Shown: piece by piece, positions 56,939 to 64,000 of the stretch | Layout of the letters: every line of letters begins with the position of its first letter | How positions within the stretch are numbered: the stretch's first letter is position 1 | Source: Candidatus Dormiibacterota bacterium | GTDB taxonomy: Bacteria > Chloroflexota > Dormibacteria > Aeolococcales > Aeolococcaceae | Length of the DNA stretch: 64,000 bases | Direction of reading: 5' to 3' | NCBI GenBank assembly: GCA_003153505.1 | Contig: PLZA01000067.1 | Coordinates: 5,229-69,228, forward strand | The notes under the pieces: generated by a model | Databases searched by the model: none | Seen by the model: only the letters and a program-made list of their open reading frames with translations | What the model was told of the DNA's origin: nothing | Translations under genes and position numbers: made by a program

Positions 56939-59161
56939 CTACCCCACCGCGACGAGCGGCAGTGCAACTGTCAGATCCGGGCGCTCGACCACACGCATCG
57001 TGTCGTCGACAAAGCGCACCCGCTCGAACGTGATGCAGTTCACCGGGCAGTGGTCTTCGCAGATCCTGCAGTTGGTGCAGCGATCGTAGTTGATGTAGAT
57101 CTCGCCCTCGTACCCACCCGCCCCCGGCACACCTCCGGACGTCGTGCAGACGAGTGTCTCGCCGCCGGAGGAGCGCTCACGATCCTCACCGAAGACCACG
57201 ACGTCGATCGCCTTCTCGGGACACACGTCGTCGCACGCACCGCAGAGCACGCAGACCGTCTGGTCGTAGTGGTGTACCGAGTCGCACTGGAAGCAGCGGA
57301 TCGCCTGGACGATCGCGGTCTGATCGCTCCAGGACTGCTCGACCTCGGTCATGTCATATCGCTTCGCGGCCTCGAGGATGCCGGGTTCGACCCGCGCGAA
57401 CACCTCTGACTGACGATGATCGTCGGTCCGTTCGACGATGGTCTGGTAGATGCGCTCGCCGGCCGCTTGCATGTCCTCACCGAGGTACTCGCGAATCGAG
57501 CGGGCGACGCGATGCCCCCAGCCGGCCGCATCGACGATGAATGACGGCCCCTGGACGCAGTCACCGCCGCAGAAGAGCTTGGGCACGCCGGTGTGCCCAC
57601 CGCGATCCGCCGACAGCAGCCCGCGTTGTGTGACCGGAACGAGTTCGTCGGGCCGCTCCATGATCTGACCGGACGCGAAGATCACGTAGTCCGCCTTGAC
57701 GGTCCACCGCGGCACGTTCTCCTGCTCCTTCACGGACGAGAAGATGAGCTTGCCGTTGAGGGGATCGAACTGCAGGTCCTGCAGGGGGGCGAAGGAGACC
57801 GACTTGACGCTGCCCCGGTCATCGGCGTCGACCTGCTTGACGATGACGCCGCACTTGATGTGCAGCCCGATCTCCTTGGCTTCGTGAAGCTCATTGCCGA
57901 AGGCCGGCAGGCGATCCTCGGGCTCGATCGCGACCATCCACACATCCTTGGCGCCGAGCTTGATCGACGACTGGCAGGCATCCGTCGCGACCGCGCCACC
58001 GCCGACGACCACCACGGTACCCCCGATCGGGAAGTTCTCCGGGATCTTGTCGTACGACACTGTGCGCAGGAAGCTCATCGCGTCGGTGACCTCGGGCAGA
58101 TCGCTGCCCGGGATCGGCAGGATCCGACCCTTCATCATCCCGATGGAGAAGAACACCGCGTCGTACTCGTCGAGGAGATCCTTGGTCTTGATGTCGTCGG
58201 GGCCGCCGCCGATATTGCTGTTGAGACGGACGTCGATGCCCGTGGACAAGATCATGTCGAGCTCCCACTGGAGCTGGCGATGATCGAACCGGAACGGTGG
58301 AATCGAAGTGCTGAGCAGGCCACCGACCTTGGCCTCGCGCTCGTAGAGGGCGACGTCGTAGCCCTGCACGCGCAGGTCGAGCGCACATGTGAGCCCGGCG
58401 GGTCCGGCGCCGACGACCGCAACGCGCTTCCCCTTGGCAGGAGCGATCTTGTAGTTGATCCACAGGCCCTGCTGGAAGGCGAAATCGGTCGAGAATCGTT
58501 TGATGGATTTGATCGTCACCGGCTCCTCGCCGGGATCCCATCCGCGTTTGCAGTCGGTCTCGCACGGATGGTTGCAGAGCCTCCCGAGCATGCTCGGGAA
58601 GGGATTGGTCTCATGAATGACCGCCCACGAGTCCACGTACCGGCCCTGGCTGACGTAGTCGATGTAGGTCGCGATGTCCTGCCGGATGGGACAGTTGCGC
58701 TGGCAGGGCGTGATCGGGACGTTGAACCCGAGGTCGCGATGGCCGCTCATGATCTTCATCGGCGCCTTGTCGATGACGTTCTTCGCAATCGCACCGAGGA
58801 CGTGCGCGGCGCTCACCATGCCGACCGGGGCGCTGCGACGCGAGAAGACTCCACCAGCCGGCGCGGTGACGATCGCCGCCTCCCCACCGGATTGGCGCAT
58901 CAGGTCGGCGCCGCGCTCGATACGCTCGCCGAGATCGATCTCCGGCGCGGGACGCATGACATCGCGAACTCTGGTCTGGTCGAGCGCATCGAACCAGGAG
59001 ACGACCGCTTCGAGGCCGATGGTGCCAAGCACAGCGTCGCCGCGAACCACGAGCAGCGGCACCGGATCCTGAAGGCGGAGCACCGCCAGCACGTCGGCCA
59101 GCGTGTCCTCAGGGTCGCACTCAGCGCCGAGTGGAGAGGCGATGCTCTCCAGCTCAGGCAT
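56939..59161 (-). CDS. CBS-domain-fused GltD-like (glutamate-synthase small-subunit family) NAD(P)H oxidoreductase with C-terminal 2x[4Fe-4S] ferredoxin domain
   Basis: N-terminal CBS pair. Fer4_20/GltD N-terminal region (…CQRNCPIRQDIATYIDYV…). Two Rossmann motifs (VAVVGAGPAG; VVVVGGGAVA). CxxCxxCxxxCP twice at the C-terminus. Confidence 0.8.
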   Translation of the reverse strand: MPELESIASPLGAECDPEDTLADVLAVLRLQDPVPLLVVRGDAVLGTIGLEAVVSWFDALDQTRVRDVMRPAPEIDLGERIERGADLMRQSGGEAAIVTAPAGGVFSRRSAPVGMVSAAHVLGAIAKNVIDKAPMKIMSGHRDLGFNVPITPCQRNCPIRQDIATYIDYVSQGRYVDSWAVIHETNPFPSMLGRLCNHPCETDCKRGWDPGEEPVTIKSIKRFSTDFAFQQGLWINYKIAPAKGKRVAVVGAGPAGLTCALDLRVQGYDVALYEREAKVGGLLSTSIPPFRFDHRQLQWELDMILSTGIDVRLNSNIGGGPDDIKTKDLLDEYDAVFFSIGMMKGRILPIPGSDLPEVTDAMSFLRTVSYDKIPENFPIGGTVVVVGGGAVATDACQSSIKLGAKDVWMVAIEPEDRLPAFGNELHEAKEIGLHIKCGVIVKQVDADDRGSVKSVSFAPLQDLQFDPLNGKLIFSSVKEQENVPRWTVKADYVIFASGQIMERPDELVPVTQRGLLSADRGGHTGVPKLFCGGDCVQGPSFIVDAAGWGHRVARSIREYLGEDMQAAGERIYQTIVERTDDHRQSEVFARVEPGILEAAKRYDMTEVEQSWSDQTAIVQAIRCFQCDSVHHYDQTVCVLCGACDDVCPEKAIDVVVFGEDRERSSGGETLVCTTSGGVPGAGGYEGEIYINYDRCTNCRICEDHCPVNCITFERVRFVDDTMRVVERPDLTVALPLVAVG

Positions 59162-59567
59162 GGACGGCCACTCGTTGTGCGAGCGCGAAGTCAGCGACCT
59201 CGCGCGGCGTCACCATACCGACCACGGTCTCATCCTCGTGGGTGACGATTGCCAGCCGGCGTTCGTGCTGCGCCATCAGGGAGACGACCTCACTCAAGCG
59301 CTGATGTTCGTCCACCAGCAGCGGCGACGGGCGCAGCATGTTGCGCGCCTGCACATTCGTCGATGGCGGGCGCACGGCGAAGTCGCTGCCGGAGACCACG
59401 ATGTCACCGGCGATGAGGTGGTCGATGACGTCCTCTTTCGCCACGAAACCGACAGGGCGGCGGTCGACGAGGACGACGATCTCGCTCAGGATGTTGTCGG
59501 TGAGGAGCTTGGCGATGGCGTCGGCGGGTGTGCTCGGAAGGCAGAAGACGACCTCGTTTCGCATCAC
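59154..59567 (-). CDS. CBS-pair domain protein
   Basis: Two CBS-like repeats. 8-nt overlap with the downstream oxidoreductase gene. Confidence 0.55.
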   Translation of the reverse strand: MMRNEVVFCLPSTPADAIAKLLTDNILSEIVVLVDRRPVGFVAKEDVIDHLIAGDIVVSGSDFAVRPPSTNVQARNMLRPSPLLVDEHQRLSEVVSLMAQHERRLAIVTHEDETVVGMVTPREVADFALAQRVAVHA

Positions 59568-59641
59568 CGATCCGACCTCCGGGTCGCCCGGCTCGAGTGC
59601 CAGGCTGTCAGGGTCGAGGGAGGCCGAAATGGGGGCCGAGG

Positions 59642-60196
59642 TCACGCTCCCGCCTCTTGCGCCATCTGCTCCTGCAGCCGGCGAAGGACGTCCTGCCATG
59701 TCTCGGTCGTCTCCACGGGCCGAGCCTGGGCACGTGGAGCTGCGCGCTGAATCTTGGTGCGTGTCTTGGTGATCTCGCGCTCGCGCTTGCGATCCTGGAC
59801 CGACCGGGCGGACTCGACCGCCTGGCGAACCTCGGTCTCGACCTCGGCGATCTCCTCGGCCGAGGTGGCCGCACGCAGCGACCGGCCGAGGCGAGAGGTG
59901 ACGTCCGGGGGCAGCTGCGGACCCGCGTCGCGAAGCATGTCGCTGCCGCGACGGCGCAGGAGATCGAGCGCATGTGCGGCCCGGGCACGTTCGGCGTTGG
60001 ATGCGCGCTGCTGCTGGTACAACTCCATGCCGCTCGCGATCAACTGCGGGTACTGAAAGGCCTGACTGAACTTACCGGTGTTGATGCGCGCTGTGATCTC
60101 GTCGACCGAACGCTGCAATTCCTCGCGTGGCTCACCCTCGAGGCTGCCGAGCAGGTCGGCGAGGATCGGGCGCGCCTGTGCATACGCTCGCTTCAC
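59642..60196 (-). CDS. Hypothetical charged/helical protein
   Basis: C-terminal 180 aa read protein-like. N-terminal extension of the listed ORF is low-complexity and overlaps nth, so a later start is assumed. Confidence 0.35.
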   Translation of the reverse strand: MKRAYAQARPILADLLGSLEGEPREELQRSVDEITARINTGKFSQAFQYPQLIASGMELYQQQRASNAERARAAHALDLLRRRGSDMLRDAGPQLPPDVTSRLGRSLRAATSAEEIAEVETEVRQAVESARSVQDRKREREITKTRTKIQRAAPRAQARPVETTETWQDVLRRLQEQMAQEAGA

Positions 60197-60432
60197 CCAC
60201 GCGGGAAGGTGATGGTGCGATGGCTCCGGCACCGGCGCCGGTGTCGTCGCCCGAGGAGCTCCGACTGGACGCACGATTGCCGGGAAGGCGGTCGTGAGGG
60301 GCGCCGGCTGCTGGCTGCGGGCCCTCGTCTGAATCACTGCGATGCCAACATCGTACCCGGCTGCGGGGGGGTCGCGACTCCCCCGTATGTCGATTGACTC
60401 ACAATCCGGCCCCTGAGCATCCCATCCGGAGT

Positions 60433-61179
60433 CTAGCGAGCCTTCGCCACTCGATGTCGTGGGCCGGCGCGGGGCTTCGCAAGGCCAAGCTGGGCTGACG
60501 GACAGATGTCGGCCAGGACGCATTCGTGGCAGCGTGGCTTGTTGGCGATGCAGACCCGTCTGCCGTGGAGGATGAGACGCAGGCTCAGGCCGGTCCATTC
60601 ACTCGGAGGGACGATGCCGCACACGTCCTCCTCGATCTTCACCGGGTCGGATGAGCCGGTGAGCCGGAGCAGCCCCGTGAGCCGTGTCACGTGCGTGTCG
60701 ACAGCGAATCCCGGCTCGCCGAACGCGACGCCGAGCACCACGTTGGCAGTCTTGCGTCCGACACCGCGCAGCTCGACCAGGTCCTCCATCCGCGCCGGGA
60801 CCTCGCCGGCGTGCAGGAGCACGAGGTCCTGGCTCATCTCGCGGATTGCCCGTGCCTTGGAGCGAAAGAAGCCCGTCTTGTGAATGATCGCCTCGACGTC
60901 CGCTTCCTCGGCAACCGCGAGAGCCGCGACGGTCGGATAGCGCATGAACAACGTCGGGGTCACCGCGTTGACGTTGACGTCGGTGGTCTGAGCGCTGAGG
61001 ATCACGGAAACGAGGAGCTGCCAGGGACTGCCGAAGTCCAGCTCCGTATGCGCCGCACCGTACTCGAGCTTGAGACGCTCGACAACGATCGGCGCGCGTT
61101 CACGTGCTCCGGCGGGCAGCCGCCGCTTGCGCGGCTTCGGTCTTGGCTTCGATGCGGGCTTCGCTCCGGCGGCGCTCAC
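60433..61179 (-). CDS. nth: Endonuclease III (DNA glycosylase/AP lyase)
   Basis: HhH-GPD motif (LVELRGVGRKTANVVL) and C-terminal [4Fe-4S] motif (CHECVLADICPS). Confidence 0.9.
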   Translation of the reverse strand: MSAAGAKPASKPRPKPRKRRLPAGARERAPIVVERLKLEYGAAHTELDFGSPWQLLVSVILSAQTTDVNVNAVTPTLFMRYPTVAALAVAEEADVEAIIHKTGFFRSKARAIREMSQDLVLLHAGEVPARMEDLVELRGVGRKTANVVLGVAFGEPGFAVDTHVTRLTGLLRLTGSSDPVKIEEDVCGIVPPSEWTGLSLRLILHGRRVCIANKPRCHECVLADICPSAQLGLAKPRAGPRHRVAKAR

Positions 61180-61625
61180 CGTGCGTTCACCGTGACGCCA
61201 CGCATGCCGTCATGCACGCGCTCCAGCGCCAGTCCCGCAACCGCCCACAGCGGCGCGTAGTCCAATCGCGTCGCCCCGCCCGGCAGCACCCACCGCCCAT
61301 GCCCGCTGTAATCCCACGGAACCACCCCCACCGACCGCCGCAATGCGGTCCCGACCACGTACTCCACCCCCATGATCCCAATGGAGTAGGCGGCAGCACG
61401 CTGCCAGAGGGGCCGCCCACGCATCGAGTCGTGCATCGGCTCAAACAGGAAGGCGCTCAACCCGTAGATCGGCACCATCCAAAGATACGAGTGCCCCCGC
61501 AACCTCCAATCCCGCCGCAGCACGCTGTCACGAGCCCCAGTGAACATGACCTCACTCGCCACCCCGGCGACGCCATAGGCAAACGCCCGCTCCCACCTCC
61601 GCAACGACCGGTGACGAGCGTGCAT
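61176..61625 (-). CDS. DUF1113 (putative ABC-transporter type IV) family membrane protein
   Basis: …SYLWMVPIYGLSAF…GVEYVVGTALRR…VVPWDYSG pattern typical of PF06541. Confidence 0.5.
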   Translation of the reverse strand: MHARHRSLRRWERAFAYGVAGVASEVMFTGARDSVLRRDWRLRGHSYLWMVPIYGLSAFLFEPMHDSMRGRPLWQRAAAYSIGIMGVEYVVGTALRRSVGVVPWDYSGHGRWVLPGGATRLDYAPLWAVAGLALERVHDGMRGVTVNAR

Positions 61626-61907
61626 AGCGATCGCATCCTACGCAGCACGAAGCAGGAACGGACCGACGGACCCAGCGGGTGGACAAACGATCCAAGGCGG
61701 GTGGCATCGCGGGGGGCAGCGCCGACCAGCGGGTGGGCGCCGAGAGTCGCGGTCCCAGAACGCCAGGCGCCCGAGCGGTCAGACCTCACCCGCAGATCGG
61801 CGAGGGGTCCCCGCGATGACAGGACCCGCCTCTGAGCGCCCGCTAGCCCGCGTCCTTGTTCCCGCTAGCCCGGGCCGCCATGCACGCTGCGTAGAATCGC
61901 GAACGAA

Positions 61908-62891
61908 GTGCGCACCAAGATCACTGTCGTCGGCGCCGGCAACGTGGGCGCCACCCTGGCCCAACGCGTCGCGGAACGCGATTACGCCGATGTCGTCCTC
62001 GTGGACATCGTCGAAGGTCTCCCGCAAGGCAAGGCGCTCGACATGCTCGAGTCCGGCCCGATCGTGGGGTATGACTCACTGGTCACCGGCACCAACGGGT
62101 ACGAGGACACGGCGGGATCGCAGGTCGTCGTGATCACCAGTGGCATCCCGCGTAAGCCTGGGATGTCACGCGACGACCTGGTGATGACCAACGCGAAGAT
62201 CGTGTCCGGCGTCGTCCGGCAGGTCGTCGCGCATTCCCCCGATTGCATCCTCATCGTCGTCGCCAACCCCGTCGACGGGATGACCCAGCTGTCGATGGCG
62301 GTTTCGCGTTTCCCCCGATCGCGTGTGATCGGCATGGCGGGGGTGCTCGACACCGCTCGCTATCGCACCTTCATCGCTCAGGAGCTTGATGCGTCGGTGC
62401 ACGACGTGCAGGCGTATGTGCTGGGCGGGCACGGGGACACCATGGTGCCGCTGACCAGATTGACCACTGTTGCCGGTATTCCGGCGGCGGATCTCATCCC
62501 CGCCGAACGTCTCGAGACCATCGTGCAGCGCGCTCGCGATGGCGGCGCGGAGATCGTGAACCTCCTGAAGACGGGCAGCGCCTTCTACGCACCGAGCGCA
62601 GCGGTGGCGCAGATGATCGATGCGATCGTCCTCGATACCCGCCAGGTGTTGCCCTGCACGGTGCATCTCGAGGGCGAATACGGCATCACCGGGCTGTTCA
62701 CCGGCGTTCCCTGCAGGCTCGGCGCCGGCGGGCTGGTGGACGTGGTCGACGTCGCCTTGACCGACGAGGAGCGAGCCGCGCTTCACCGCAGCGCCGCGGC
62801 GGTGCACCAGGTGGTCGAGGTCATGGACGCTCGCCGCGCCGAGATCGATCCGGCCCTCGGGTCGCTGACCGCCGGGATCAGGATCGGCTGA
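61908..62891 (+). CDS. mdh: Malate dehydrogenase (LDH-like type)
   Basis: GTG start. [13 protein letters not shown]. Substrate Arg region. …[11 protein letters not shown]… loop. Confidence 0.95.
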   Translation: MRTKITVVGAGNVGATLAQRVAERDYADVVLVDIVEGLPQGKALDMLESGPIVGYDSLVTGTNGYEDTAGSQVVVITSGIPRKPGMSRDDLVMTNAKIVSGVVRQVVAHSPDCILIVVANPVDGMTQLSMAVSRFPRSRVIGMAGVLDTARYRTFIAQELDASVHDVQAYVLGGHGDTMVPLTRLTTVAGIPAADLIPAERLETIVQRARDGGAEIVNLLKTGSAFYAPSAAVAQMIDAIVLDTRQVLPCTVHLEGEYGITGLFTGVPCRLGAGGLVDVVDVALTDEERAALHRSAAAVHQVVEVMDARRAEIDPALGSLTAGIRIG

Positions 62892-63540
62892 GCAACAGCT
62901 CCGGGGAGATCTCGGTCAAGGACTCGATGACCACGTGGGCGTGACTGATATCGCCCGCTAGCGCGCCTTCGGAGCGGAGGCCGATGCAGCGCATGCCCGC
63001 TGCAATAGCGGCGCTCACACCCACCGGTGAGTCCTCTATCGCGACGCAGCACGACGGCATGACGTCGAGCGCCCGCGCAGCGCTGATGTAGACAGCCGGG
63101 TCGGGCTTACCTCGCTCCTCGTCATCGGCACTGCAGACGGCATCGACGAGGTCGCCGATCCCCAGGCGTTCGACCACCGCGTCGATCAACGCTCGACTCG
63201 ACGACGACGCGATCGCCACGCGCAAGCCTGCATCACGCGCGACGTGGATCGCCTCCACTGCACCGGGCATCGGGACACCGCGGGCGCGCACGTGCTCGAC
63301 CATCTCGCGGATGATCTCGCGCTCGACGGCGCGCGGCCGGATGCCGTTCCAGGGCCGGATACGATAGCGGTAGTCGACGACCTCCTCGATGCGCATCCCC
63401 CAGGTCTCGCGCAATTGCGCGTCGGTCAGCTCGACGCCGACGCGTGCAAAGACGTCGTGCTCGGTCTCACGCCACACCGGCTCCGTGTCGATCAGGACTC
63501 CGTCCATGTCGAAGACGCAGGCGGTGGTCGTCCTCCCCAT
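62878..63540 (-). CDS. HAD-IA family hydrolase (beta-phosphoglucomutase-like)
   Basis: DxD motif ([13 protein letters not shown]) and motifs II-IV (…VAIASSS…; …KPDPAVY…; …[10 protein letters not shown]…). Confidence 0.85.
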   Translation of the reverse strand: MGRTTTACVFDMDGVLIDTEPVWRETEHDVFARVGVELTDAQLRETWGMRIEEVVDYRYRIRPWNGIRPRAVEREIIREMVEHVRARGVPMPGAVEAIHVARDAGLRVAIASSSSRALIDAVVERLGIGDLVDAVCSADDEERGKPDPAVYISAARALDVMPSCCVAIEDSPVGVSAAIAAGMRCIGLRSEGALAGDISHAHVVIESLTEISPELLLSRS

Positions 63541-63551
63541 GGCGGCTGATG

Positions 63552-63812
63552 CTACTCGTTCGGCCCCGGCGGAATGATCGTGGCGGGCCGGTCGGGATCG
63601 TCCTCGGGGCCAGGAGCGGACACGCTCGTGATTTCCGGCGGCTCACGCCGGTAGTGATTGCCGAAGATCGGACCGATGACGACCATCGTGTTGAGCAGCG
63701 CCTTCCGCGTCTCCGACTGCCCCCAGGCGGGCGTCCGCGAATAGAAGTAGAACCAGGCGAACACCACGATCATCACCACGACGATTGCGCTCAGGACGAC
63801 GGCGCCGATCAA
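63552..63812 (-). CDS. Small single-TM membrane protein (TTG start overlapping the sdhB stop)
   Basis: LIGAVVLSAIVVVMIVVFAWFYFY… followed by a polar tail. Start assignment tentative. Confidence 0.35.
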   Translation of the reverse strand: MIGAVVLSAIVVVMIVVFAWFYFYSRTPAWGQSETRKALLNTMVVIGPIFGNHYRREPPEITSVSAPGPEDDPDRPATIIPPGPNE

Positions 63813-64000
63813 TCCCCGTTGCGACCGAAGAGCTTTCGCCCGACGAAGCGGACCGGGTCCCAGTGCACGTCGGCCACACGCTCCTTGAGCGGGATGATCG
63901 CGTTGTCGGTGATGTGGATGTGCTCCGGACAAACCTCGGTGCAGCATTTGGTGATGTTGCAGTAGCCGAGACCGCCCTGGTCGCGCGTCTGATCGCGACG
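63809..64000 (-). CDS. sdhB: Succinate dehydrogenase iron-sulfur subunit, C-terminal part (5' end outside window)
   Basis: …GYCNITKCCTEVCPEHIHITDNAIIPLKERVAD… matches the actinobacterial SdhB third cluster motif. Confidence 0.8.
   Translation of the reverse strand, partial: RRDQTRDQGGLGYCNITKCCTEVCPEHIHITDNAIIPLKERVADVHWDPVRFVGRKLFGRNGD

Overview
High-GC (about 65-70%) actinobacterial-type chromosomal segment carrying core genes, several accessory loci and a lot of insertion-sequence debris. From left to right: (1) small stress/secondary genes (DUF4232-like lipoprotein, SRPBCC protein, an eRF1-domain-3-like zinc-ribbon protein divergent from an Hsp20 chaperone, an SDR oxidoreductase, an acyl-ACP thioesterase), with IS3 and IS21 transposase remnants between them. 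(2) A roughly 15 kb Wzx/Wzy-dependent polysaccharide locus at 6047-21395: a secreted GH114-like hydrolase with a Pro/Thr repeat linker, three GT4 glycosyltransferases, a Wzy-like ligase/polymerase, a WbaP-type priming phosphotransferase, a cupin/JmjC-like protein, a FemAB/CelD-like GNAT, a SAM methyltransferase convergent with an APH-like kinase, a Wzz, a Wzx and a CE4 deacetylase. (3) Malate synthase A, a standalone allophanate-hydrolase C-terminal-like domain, a dihydropyrimidinase/hydantoinase, and a GntR-regulated HcnABC-like three-component dehydrogenase plus DapA-family module. That module ends in a roughly 275-bp direct duplication and nested IS701/IS5-family transposase remnants. (4) A six-gene peptide-uptake operon (Dpp-like ABC transporter) with two embedded peptidases (DUF885 and S9). 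(5) An integrative-island region at tRNA-Ser(GGA), 42.9-51.4 kb. It holds an apparently intact IS256-family transposase inserted into a DNA methyltransferase that is 5'-truncated and also carries a nonsense codon. Downstream are two unknown genes (the best candidate for an undescribed, possibly defence-related module), then xis plus integrase ending in a tRNA-3'-end-like att remnant, an RHH/MobC-like protein with iteron-like upstream repeats, and a second integrase next to the tRNA. (6) A second tRNA-Ser(CGA), an ABC exporter, a CrtI-like oxidoreductase, an ABM monooxygenase, tadA, a CBS-GltD-ferredoxin fusion oxidoreductase with a CBS partner, nth, mdh, a HAD hydrolase and the 3' end of sdhB. 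All calls come from reading the translated ORFs and the DNA by eye; no database searches were run.
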